A stretch of 53,882 nt of DNA from Alphaproteobacteria bacterium MarineAlpha9_Bin1 (lineage in GTDB: Bacteria > Pseudomonadota > Alphaproteobacteria > TMED109), in NCBI GenBank assembly GCA_002937675.1, contig PTKJ01000001.1, forward strand, positions 1-53,882. The letters are read 5' to 3'. Under the pieces are notes generated by a model. The model worked only from the letters and a program-made list of their open reading frames with translations. It was not told the origin of the DNA and made no database searches. Of the stretch, positions 45,971 through 53,882 are shown piece after piece (the stretch's first letter is position 1; every line of letters starts with the position of its first letter). The translations under genes and the position numbers were made by a program.

Positions 45971-47778
45971 GTAAAAAAAATACAATAAAAGTATTTAAAA
46001 AATCAATATCATCTACTGTTCGTGCAATCTCAGAAAACAAAAATATTGATGTACACTACGGTCCATCAACTAAAAAACAAAAAAACAATCAAATAACATT
46101 ACCCTTACCAAGCCTTAAATTTTCTGAAAGTGAAAAAATAGAGATTAGGGGAAATGCTGATAGTAGTGCTCTTAAAATAAAATATCATAATGAATTAATC
46201 CATAAATCAAAAGTCATAAACTCTGCAGTAAGTAAGAAAATTTTTGATTCAATAGAAGTAGCAAGATACGAATCTATCGGGATAAATAAATTTCCTGGTA
46301 TTTTAAAAAATATTGAAAAAATAATGGAATCTAAATATGACTCTAAAAATCTAAAAAATATTTTTGAAAAAAAAGATATAGATTTAGAAGATGCTGTTCA
46401 ACTCATTATCCAAGAACACTTTACCGGTAAAATACTATCTAAAAAATTAAATAAAATTATTAGTATATGGCGCCAAGATATAGGACCAATCATAAAAGAA
46501 AACTTAAACTTGTTAATAGACAATTTAAATAAACAAAAAGATTTTTCCGATTTATCATTATTACTTGCAGAAAAATTACAATCTATGGATATAGAGTCCA
46601 ATACAGAAAACGATGGAAATGGTGAAATGGAAGATGGTAGTTTGGAAGAAGATCAAAAAAACTCAGAAAATTCTGATGAAATCAATCAAGATACTGGTTT
46701 TGAGTCAGAAGATGGAAATTCGGATGTATCAGAAGAATCAGATAATAGCTTAACTGAATCAGAAAACAACGAAGGCGAAAATAATGAAAATATAAACCCA
46801 ATATATGAACCTCCTAAAGAAAATATAAAAAATTTTTACTATACGGCCTTTACTAAAAAGTTTGATGAAATAATAGCAGCATCCGAACTATGTGATATAG
46901 ATGAGCTCATAAGATTGAGAAATAACCTAGATAAACAGCTAGAAAATATGGATAATATTATTTCCAGACTAGCCAACAGGTTGCAAAGAAAGCTAATGGC
47001 TCAACAAAAACGCTGGTGGGAATTTAATCTTGAGGAGGGAATATTAGATTCAGCGAGACTCAGCAGAGTGATATTGAATCCTGAACAACCCTTATCATAT
47101 AAAATGGAAATAGAATCAGAATTTAAGGATACGGTAGTTAGTTTGCTTATAGATAACTCTGGCTCTATGAGAGGAAGACCAATAACAGTAGCGGCATTAA
47201 GCGCAGATATCTTGGCAAGAACCCTAGAAAGATGCGGAGTTAAGGTAGAGATTTTAGGCTTTACTACTCGATCTTGGAAAGGAGGTAAAGCAAGAGATGA
47301 ATGGATAAAAAGTGGAAGACCGCCTGAGCCAGGGAGATTGAATGAAATAAGACATATTGTTTACAAAAGTGCTAATGACCCTTGGAGAAGAGCAAGATTG
47401 AATCTAGGATTAATGCTTAGAGAAGGCATTTTAAAAGAAAACATAGACGGAGAGGCTATTGAGTGGGCTCATAATAGGTTATTGCAACGTGTGGAACACA
47501 GAAAAATTTTAATGGTTATTTCAGATGGAGCCCCAGTTGATGATTCAACTTTAAGCACTAATACAGGAAGCTACCTAGATAAGCACCTTCGAGAAGTAAT
47601 AAAAAAAATAGAAGACCAATCTAGAATTGAATTGCTAGCTATAGGTATTGGCCATGATGTTACTAGGTACTACAAACAAGCTCTTACGATAGTAGAAGTA
47701 GACCAACTAGGAGGAGCAATAACAAATCAATTAGCTATGCTATTTGACCCTATAAAAGCATCACAAAAGACAGCTTAA
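45967..47778 (+). CDS. cobT: CobT-type protein with an acidic linker and a C-terminal von Willebrand A domain
   Basis: Acidic low-complexity stretch (about nt 46600-46800), then the vWA MIDAS region [11 protein letters not shown] and [14 protein letters not shown] overlap with cobS. Confidence 0.8.
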   Translation: MSKKNTIKVFKKSISSTVRAISENKNIDVHYGPSTKKQKNNQITLPLPSLKFSESEKIEIRGNADSSALKIKYHNELIHKSKVINSAVSKKIFDSIEVARYESIGINKFPGILKNIEKIMESKYDSKNLKNIFEKKDIDLEDAVQLIIQEHFTGKILSKKLNKIISIWRQDIGPIIKENLNLLIDNLNKQKDFSDLSLLLAEKLQSMDIESNTENDGNGEMEDGSLEEDQKNSENSDEINQDTGFESEDGNSDVSEESDNSLTESENNEGENNENINPIYEPPKENIKNFYYTAFTKKFDEIIAASELCDIDELIRLRNNLDKQLENMDNIISRLANRLQRKLMAQQKRWWEFNLEEGILDSARLSRVILNPEQPLSYKMEIESEFKDTVVSLLIDNSGSMRGRPITVAALSADILARTLERCGVKVEILGFTTRSWKGGKARDEWIKSGRPPEPGRLNEIRHIVYKSANDPWRRARLNLGLMLREGILKENIDGEAIEWAHNRLLQRVEHRKILMVISDGAPVDDSTLSTNTGSYLDKHLREVIKKIEDQSRIELLAIGIGHDVTRYYKQALTIVEVDQLGGAITNQLAMLFDPIKASQKTA

Positions 47779-47788
47779 TTTGTCAAGA

Positions 47789-48079
47789 TTAATTTTTAAT
47801 AGACAATTTCTTTAAAATTAGCTTTTTATATTGAATAGCTGAGGAAGAAAGATCCGAATCAGAGGCTACTTCCAAAAACTTATCTATACCTCCTTTTTTT
47901 TCAACTGTTCTGAGTGCATTAGAACACACTTTGAAACGCATAGATTTCCCTAGTATTTCACTATAAAGTGAAGCACTCTGAAGATTGGGCAAAAAACGTC
48001 TTCTAGTTCTATTATTGGCATGACTAACATTATTTCCCGCCATGACTTTTTTACCACTCAACTCGCATACTCTTGACAT
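47789..48079 (-). CDS. rpmB: 50S ribosomal protein L28
   Basis: MSRVCELSGKKVMAGNNVSHANNRTRRRFLPNLQ. Confidence 0.95.
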   Translation of the reverse strand: MSRVCELSGKKVMAGNNVSHANNRTRRRFLPNLQSASLYSEILGKSMRFKVCSNALRTVEKKGGIDKFLEVASDSDLSSSAIQYKKLILKKLSIKN

Positions 48080-48156
48080 AAACCTTCCTTTAAAATATTT
48101 CTTTCAAATCTGATAGATTAACAACATGAATCAGTCAAGAAAGTTTTTCAATTTAA

Positions 48157-50316
48157 TTATTTATTTTTTACAGGTCTTTGCTCTATCAAGCCTAAAACCC
48201 TCCTTGCTGCATCCATAATATTTGTTCCAGGACCAAAGATAGCATTAACACCGAATTTTTCTAATTTTTCATAATCTTCAAAGGGAATAACTCCCCCAGC
48301 TATAACTAGAACATTATTATTGCCATTAGCTCTAATCTGATCAATCATCTGTGGAATAAGCTTTAAATGACCTCCTGCTAAACTTGATGCACCCACTACA
48401 TCTGGTAAAAAAGATTTCACCAATTTTGCTGCTTCTCCTGGAGTTTGAAATAAAGGTCCAACCTTAGTTTCAAATCCCAAATCTTTATATGCACTTGCAA
48501 CTACATTTGCTCCTCTATCATGGCCATCTTGTCCCAATTTTACTATTAGTAGCCTAGGTTTTTTATTTAACTTTTTAGTATAATCAGCAATTGCATTTTT
48601 AACATATATAAAATTCTCTTCCCTACTTAGCTCTCTTCCATAAATACCTTTAACTCCAGTATATGAAGAAGAAAACCTTCCAAAAACTTTTTCTAATGCC
48701 AAACTTATTTCTCCCACTGTTGCCCTTTCTCTTGCTGCCAATATAGAAAGTTCTAAAAGATTAGAATTATTATCCTTAGCACCAATTGTTAATCTATTAA
48801 GTGCTTTTTCCACTTCAGTTTTATCCCTATGTTTCTTTAACTCAATCAAAGACGCGATCTGTTGATTTCTAACTTTTTCATTATCTACTTTTAAAATTTT
48901 AAATTCTTTTTCTGAAGAAAATTTATATTTATTTACTCCTACCACTACTTGTTTAGAAGAATCTATTGCGGCTTGTCTTTTCGCTGCAGACTCTTCTATC
49001 ATTTTTTTAGGAATACCCTTCTCTACAGCTTTTGTCATTCCACCAACAGCCTCAATCTTATTAATCAAACTCTCTGCTGCCACAATTAACCTACCTGTAA
49101 GAGCTTCTATATAATAGGAGCCTCCTAGAGGATCTACAGTTTTAGTCATTCCTGTTTCTTCCTTTAGAATTAATTGTGTATTCCTAGCAATCCTTGCAGA
49201 AAATTTTGTAGGTAATGCTACTGCTTCATCATAGGCATTGGTATGTAAAGATTGGGTTCCTCCTAAAATTGCAGCCATAGCTTCCACTGTAGTTCTTACA
49301 ATATTATTGTATGGATCTTGTTGTGTAAGAGAAACCCCAGAGGTTTGACAGTGAGTTCTTAATATTAATGATTTACTATTATTTGGATTAAATTGCTTTT
49401 TTATAAATTTTGCCCATAACCATCTCGCCGCTCGTAATTTTGCGATTTCCATAAAAAAATTCATACCTATAGCAAAGAAAAAAGATAATCTAGGAGCAAA
49501 AACGTCAATATCTAGTCCTGAATTGGTGGCAGCTTTAACATATTCTAATCCATCTGCAAGAGTGAAAGCGAGCTCTTGTACATTATTAGCACCCGCCTCT
49601 TGCATATGATACCCACTTATAGATATTGAATTAAATAAAGGCATTTTCTTGGTAGTATACTTAATTATATCTGAAACTATCCTCATAGATGAAGTCGGAG
49701 GATATATATAGGTATTTCTTACCATAAATTCTTTCAAAATATCATTTTGTATTGTTCCTTTTAATTGAGCTTGGCTTACACCTTGTTCTTCAGCAGTTAC
49801 AATAAAATTAGCTAGAACAGGTAATACCGCCCCATTCATGGTCATTGATACTGACATCTTATCTAATGGAATACCTTTAAATAAAATCTTCATATCTTCT
49901 ACAGAATCTATGGCAACTCCCGACATTCCAACATCTCCCATAACACGAGGATGATCACTGTCATAACCTCTATGAGTTGCAAGATCAAACGCAACAGATA
50001 AGCCCATCTGCCCCTCTTTTAAATTACGTTTATAAAAAAGATTAGACTCCTTAGCTGTAGAAAAACCCGAGTATTGCCTTATTGTCCAAGGTCTTCCGGA
50101 ATACATAGTAGCCTTAGGTCCTCTTAGATAAGGATCTATTCCAGGCATTGTATTTAAATGTTCTAAGTTAGATAAATCTTTATCAGTATAAAGTGGCTGA
50201 ATTTCTATTCCCTCCGGCGTAGTCCAAACTAAAGAGCCTACATCCTTTCCTTGTAATTCTTTTTTTGCTAACTCTGTCCATTCTTTGAGAGAACGAGAAG
50301 GAAATTTAACCATCAC
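48157..50316 (-). CDS. scpA: Methylmalonyl-CoA mutase, single-chain large form with a C-terminal B12-binding domain
   Basis: 719 aa. [15 protein letters not shown], and the cobalamin-binding [13 protein letters not shown] (DxHxxG). Confidence 0.9.
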   Translation of the reverse strand: MMVKFPSRSLKEWTELAKKELQGKDVGSLVWTTPEGIEIQPLYTDKDLSNLEHLNTMPGIDPYLRGPKATMYSGRPWTIRQYSGFSTAKESNLFYKRNLKEGQMGLSVAFDLATHRGYDSDHPRVMGDVGMSGVAIDSVEDMKILFKGIPLDKMSVSMTMNGAVLPVLANFIVTAEEQGVSQAQLKGTIQNDILKEFMVRNTYIYPPTSSMRIVSDIIKYTTKKMPLFNSISISGYHMQEAGANNVQELAFTLADGLEYVKAATNSGLDIDVFAPRLSFFFAIGMNFFMEIAKLRAARWLWAKFIKKQFNPNNSKSLILRTHCQTSGVSLTQQDPYNNIVRTTVEAMAAILGGTQSLHTNAYDEAVALPTKFSARIARNTQLILKEETGMTKTVDPLGGSYYIEALTGRLIVAAESLINKIEAVGGMTKAVEKGIPKKMIEESAAKRQAAIDSSKQVVVGVNKYKFSSEKEFKILKVDNEKVRNQQIASLIELKKHRDKTEVEKALNRLTIGAKDNNSNLLELSILAARERATVGEISLALEKVFGRFSSSYTGVKGIYGRELSREENFIYVKNAIADYTKKLNKKPRLLIVKLGQDGHDRGANVVASAYKDLGFETKVGPLFQTPGEAAKLVKSFLPDVVGASSLAGGHLKLIPQMIDQIRANGNNNVLVIAGGVIPFEDYEKLEKFGVNAIFGPGTNIMDAARRVLGLIEQRPVKNK

Positions 50317-50362
50317 TATCCTAACTTATATAAAAGTATATTATTAAATTGCTATAAAAATT

Positions 50363-50791
50363 TTAGTTATCGGTCTTATCCACCCAAGGAACTTTAACAA
50401 ATGGAATACCATCTTCTTCTAAATCTTCAGCCTCTTCATCACTAGTAACTCCCCTGATAGCCCTTTCTTCACTCGTTCCTAAATATATAGATCTTGCTTC
50501 TTCTGCAAAACGATCTCCTACATCTTCTGAATTTTTTTCTATTTGATTCCTCAGAGTTCTAAGTTTAGTGTACAGTTCGGCCTCTCTAACTTTAACTGGC
50601 TTGTTATTATTAGATTTTTTCTTTCTAGCTTTTTTTATGGCAGGCGCCATTAATGCTCTATCAACATCAGTATCACCGCAAATAGGACAAGAAATTAAAC
50701 TATCGTTTGCCTGCTGCTCAAATTCACTGGAACTAGGAAACCATCCTTCAAAAACATGGTCATATTTGCATTTAAGATCATACTTGATCAA
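50363..50791 (-). CDS. DUF1178 family protein
   Basis: MIKYDLKCKYDHVFEGWFPSSSEFEQQ...ISCPICG N-terminal zinc-ribbon-like block. Confidence 0.65.
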   Translation of the reverse strand: MIKYDLKCKYDHVFEGWFPSSSEFEQQANDSLISCPICGDTDVDRALMAPAIKKARKKKSNNNKPVKVREAELYTKLRTLRNQIEKNSEDVGDRFAEEARSIYLGTSEERAIRGVTSDEEAEDLEEDGIPFVKVPWVDKTDN

Positions 50792-50913
50792 TATATACAG
50801 CTCCTAACTAATTTATTCATATACTATTTGAAAAGTTATATAATACTTGTTTTTAAATGTATAAACAAAAAAATAATTAAAAAACCATATATAGCTGAAA
50901 GAAAAAATTAATA

Positions 50914-51441
50914 ATGACAACTCAAATTAATTTTGAACCATCTCCTTGGATAGTCAAAAATCTAAAAAATATTAGCAAAAATTGCAATATTTTAGATCTA
51001 GCGTGTGGTTATGGAAGACATTCAATTTATGCCAAAAAAATTGGACTTAATGTAACCGCGGCAGATATAGACTATGAAAAATTATTCTATTTAAAAAACG
51101 TTCACAATATTACGGTTTTAAGATTAGACATAGAAAAAAAATTTAATTGGCCATTTAAAAAAAATATATTTGATGCCGTAATGGTCACTAATTATTTATA
51201 TAGACCAATATTTAAAAAAATTTTTCATAGTATCAAATCAAAAGGATTTTTATTATATGAGACTTTCTCAGAAGAAAATATAAAATTTGGGCCACCCAAA
51301 AATACTAATTATTTATTAAAATCTGGAGAATTACTGAACCTCGCTAATAAAAACAGAATGACTATCATAGAATATGAAGAAATTATAACCCAAAAGAAGA
51401 AGCCTAAAGCAATTCAAAGAATATTTGCAAAAATAAAATAA
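50914..51441 (+). CDS. Class I SAM-dependent methyltransferase (small)
   Basis: Motif I ILDLACGYGRHS, with an acidic residue after beta-2 (AADID). Confidence 0.7.
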   Translation: MTTQINFEPSPWIVKNLKNISKNCNILDLACGYGRHSIYAKKIGLNVTAADIDYEKLFYLKNVHNITVLRLDIEKKFNWPFKKNIFDAVMVTNYLYRPIFKKIFHSIKSKGFLLYETFSEENIKFGPPKNTNYLLKSGELLNLANKNRMTIIEYEEIITQKKKPKAIQRIFAKIK

Positions 51442-51444
51442 GCT

Positions 51445-52233
51445 TCATGTTGCAAAAATGCTCTTAGTTTTTGAAGATATGTTTACATCTATATCTGCAT
51501 AGATAATTTCTTTTAACCCACTATTTTGGTCTATTATTTTACCCCATGGATCTACTACCATAGAATGACCCCATGTATATCTATTTCCATAATGGTTTCC
51601 TACTTGAGCCGGCGCTAGAATCCAAACGGAGTTTTCTATGGCCCGTGCTCTCAATAATACTTCCCAATGTGCTTCACCAGTAGTTTTAGTGAATGCTGAA
51701 GGAACAGTAATTATATTTGCTCCTTTACTGCATAATGTTTTATAAAGTTCTGGAAATCTTAAATCAAAACATATTGAAAGCCCAATTTTTCCAAATTCTG
51801 TTTTAACAATTGAGACAATTTTACCTGGAAGATAACGGTCAGATTCTCTATAAAATTCATTTTTGGAGATTTCCGCGTCAAACATATTAATTTTATTGTA
51901 CCTAGCAACAACTTTTCCTTCTCTATTTATTAACAAAGACCTATTTTGCATCTTGCTCTTATCCCCATTGTCAGGAAAAACTGCTATGGAGCCGAGTAAA
52001 ACATAAATATTATTTTCCTTTGCCGATGCAATAGCAGCTTCTAAGGCAGGATGCTCTTTTTCCAAGCAAGCATATTTTTGAATAATCTTGCCTGGACCTA
52101 GACACGAGCAGTTTTCTGGAAAAAGAACCATATCTGCATCATTCAAAGAAGCAGCTTTAACCGAGTCCACAATTTTTTCTATATTAAGATTAATTTCGGG
52201 CAATGACGTCATTTGGACTAATGCTACTTTCAT
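51445..52233 (-). CDS. Carbon-nitrogen hydrolase (nitrilase superfamily amidase)
   Basis: FPE (Glu), NKINMFD (Lys), and the GLSICFDLRFPE (Cys) triad context. Confidence 0.85.
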   Translation of the reverse strand: MKVALVQMTSLPEINLNIEKIVDSVKAASLNDADMVLFPENCSCLGPGKIIQKYACLEKEHPALEAAIASAKENNIYVLLGSIAVFPDNGDKSKMQNRSLLINREGKVVARYNKINMFDAEISKNEFYRESDRYLPGKIVSIVKTEFGKIGLSICFDLRFPELYKTLCSKGANIITVPSAFTKTTGEAHWEVLLRARAIENSVWILAPAQVGNHYGNRYTWGHSMVVDPWGKIIDQNSGLKEIIYADIDVNISSKTKSIFAT

Positions 52234-52499
52234 GCACTTGTCTCTCTATTGAGCATTCTATCTAATTTTTTTTTCTTTACAAGTTTGTATAATTCATCAA
52301 ATCCTCCTATATGTAATTTTCCAAAAAATATCTGAGGCACTGAAGTTTTACCACCACTTAGTTTAATCATCTCATTTTTTTTTCGTTTATCTACACCAAT
52401 ATTTATCTCTTCATAAAGTATATTTTTACTATCCAATAACTCTTTTGCCATTAAACAATAACCACATAAATCTCCGGTATATATTGTTACATTTTTCAA
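52230..52499 (-). CDS. grxC: Glutaredoxin 3
   Basis: The active site reads CGYC (canonical is CPYC). TSVPQIFFGKLHIGGFDEL. ATGA overlap with the downstream hydrolase. Confidence 0.85.
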   Translation of the reverse strand: MKNVTIYTGDLCGYCLMAKELLDSKNILYEEINIGVDKRKKNEMIKLSGGKTSVPQIFFGKLHIGGFDELYKLVKKKKLDRMLNRETSA

Positions 52500-52573
52500 T
52501 TAGTTTCTCCCAATTGAACAGTTGCTTCCAACAAAAGTGCTAAAATATTTATATTATATGATAAAATACAAAT

Positions 52574-53380
52574 ATGAACATTAATAATTCTATACCCAGC
52601 ATATTTGAGACTGTAAAAACAAGATCAAACATTTTATCTTTAAATGATAAAAATCATTTTTTTGATAAAAATAAATTGATTATCAATACTTCTAGATCCC
52701 TATCAGAGAGAATCTCTGAAATAAACAATCACTTTGGGATAGCTATTGAAATAAATGCAAGAAGTGACAAAACGCTAAGTATAATAAAAAAAACAAAAAA
52801 TATTGATGAAGTAGTATCATCATCTTTATTCAAGAGAGAAACAAAAAGTGTTTTACATATTATAGCTGAAGAAGAATTTATTCCAATTCAACATAATTCA
52901 ACGGATCTAATTTATACTGTATTTGGCTTAGACTATATAAATGATCTGCCAGGAACTTTATCACAAATTCATGATGCTCTAAAAAAAGATGGAATGTTTG
53001 TTGCCGCATTTTTGGGAGAAGGAACTCTTCTACCACTTGCTGATAGCTTCGCTATCGCGGATGAAAAAATACTAGGAGGGGTTCATCCTAGAATCCATCC
53101 TTTTTTCGAAATAAAAACTTTAGCTAATCTCATGCATCGTTTGGGTTTTAAAGATATAGTTGCTGATCAAGAGAAAATAAACAAAAAATATTTAAATCTT
53201 AAAGATTTACTTTTTGATATTCGAAGTTTTGGCATTACAAATTTAATGACAGAAAGAAGAAAACAATTCACTCCTGCTAGCGTCTTTAAGATAATAGAAA
53301 GGAATCTAAAAAAACAATCTTCAATTAAGCCTTATTTTTTTATGCCTTTTAATATTTTATTTGTGAGCTGCTGGAAGTAA
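52574..53380 (+). CDS. SAM-dependent methyltransferase-like protein (type 11 / BioC-NDUFAF5-like)
   Basis: LKKDGMFVAAFLGEGTL post-motif region and family-like C-terminus. Motif I is degenerate. Confidence 0.5.
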   Translation: MNINNSIPSIFETVKTRSNILSLNDKNHFFDKNKLIINTSRSLSERISEINNHFGIAIEINARSDKTLSIIKKTKNIDEVVSSSLFKRETKSVLHIIAEEEFIPIQHNSTDLIYTVFGLDYINDLPGTLSQIHDALKKDGMFVAAFLGEGTLLPLADSFAIADEKILGGVHPRIHPFFEIKTLANLMHRLGFKDIVADQEKINKKYLNLKDLLFDIRSFGITNLMTERRKQFTPASVFKIIERNLKKQSSIKPYFFMPFNILFVSCWK

Positions 53381-53393
53381 AGAATACAGGCTT

Positions 53394-53804
53394 TTAAGAA
53401 AGAATTTCTCTGAGAGGATCAATTAAAGATTTGTCAGCTTCCAACATATCAATTTCTATTAGTTCCTGTTTATTATAGAAATTAATTTTTTGATTTTCTT
53501 TCAACAGAAAATTCCCTTTCCATTTCTTGCAGATATAGACAAGCATTAATAAATTAAAACTTGGATAGGTATAACTAACAAAAGTTAAAGGCAATAAATC
53601 ATTAATTTTAATATTGATACCTAATTCTTCAAATAATTCTCTGCACAAAGCTCTTTCCGGAGTTTCATTTGTTTTTATTTTTCCCCCAGGTAATTCCCAT
53701 AAAAATGGCATACTCTTATTTGCTGGCCTTCGCTGAAAAAGTATTTTTTTATCCTTTATTAAAGCTGCTGCAACTACTATTAACAATGTATTTTTTTTAC
53801 TCAT
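53394..53804 (-). CDS. NUDIX hydrolase, MutT-like (d)NTP pyrophosphohydrolase
   Basis: WELPGGKIKTNETPERALCRELFEELGI Nudix box. 136 aa. Confidence 0.8.
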   Translation of the reverse strand: MSKKNTLLIVVAAALIKDKKILFQRRPANKSMPFLWELPGGKIKTNETPERALCRELFEELGINIKINDLLPLTFVSYTYPSFNLLMLVYICKKWKGNFLLKENQKINFYNKQELIEIDMLEADKSLIDPLREILS

Positions 53805-53882
53805 ATTTTTTATGTTTTTTAAAGTGAATCATTTTATCCTATAGTAATTAGAAGAATTTGATCAATGCTGAAAAATATTTAC

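Noticed and set aside
46600-46800. Repetitive acidic (Glu/Asp/Asn/Ser) coding stretch, plus the AATGAA x3 hexamer repeat at about 44720 in the J-protein gene, as possible repeat elements.
   Set aside because: Both are in-frame low-complexity linkers. An acidic linker is a normal feature of CobT proteins. They are not non-coding repeats or CRISPR-like arrays.
52531-52560. AT-rich TATATTATATGATAAAAT stretch resembling the central and XerD arm of a dif site.
   Set aside because: It is only a loose match to the dif consensus I remember, it lies 16 kb from xerD, and chance is the likelier explanation given the base composition.

Overview
The window is a very AT-rich (roughly 30% G+C by eye, not computed), tightly packed chromosomal segment. 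It looks like a streamlined marine alphaproteobacterium of the SAR11/HIMB59 type. Supporting this are gcrA, a DUF2497/PopZ-like ORF, accA-xerD, aroK-aroB, bolA-J protein-cobS-cobT-rpmB, and grxC next to a C-N hydrolase. I recognised no rRNA, tRNA, CRISPR array, transposase or phage gene, and XerD is the only recombinase. The left 25 kb is accessory-looking catabolism and transport. It holds (i) a seven-gene operon joining a short PaaA-like di-iron oxygenase and a ferredoxin-FNR reductase to a gentisate-type dioxygenase, a hotdog thioesterase, an MFE-2-like dehydrogenase and an M20 amidohydrolase. It also holds (ii) a TRAP-linked CoA operon (PhyH-type dioxygenase, alpha/beta hydrolase, atypical ACAD-fold protein, CoA ligase), (iii) a NicX-like ring-cleavage enzyme, (iv) a lone lipobox/Tat TRAP binding protein followed by an unknown ORF and a truncated SDR remnant, and (v) two divergent small-subunit/Na+-symporter pairs around a formamidase-like hydrolase and an isocitrate-lyase-family lyase. 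The right 29 kb is mostly housekeeping (argG, scoAB, accA, xerD, aroKB, cobST, rpmB, methylmalonyl-CoA mutase, prpE). Two short unannotated ORFs overlap the starts of argG and of a 614-aa secreted protein. All functional calls rest on motif recognition by eye, and no searches were run.
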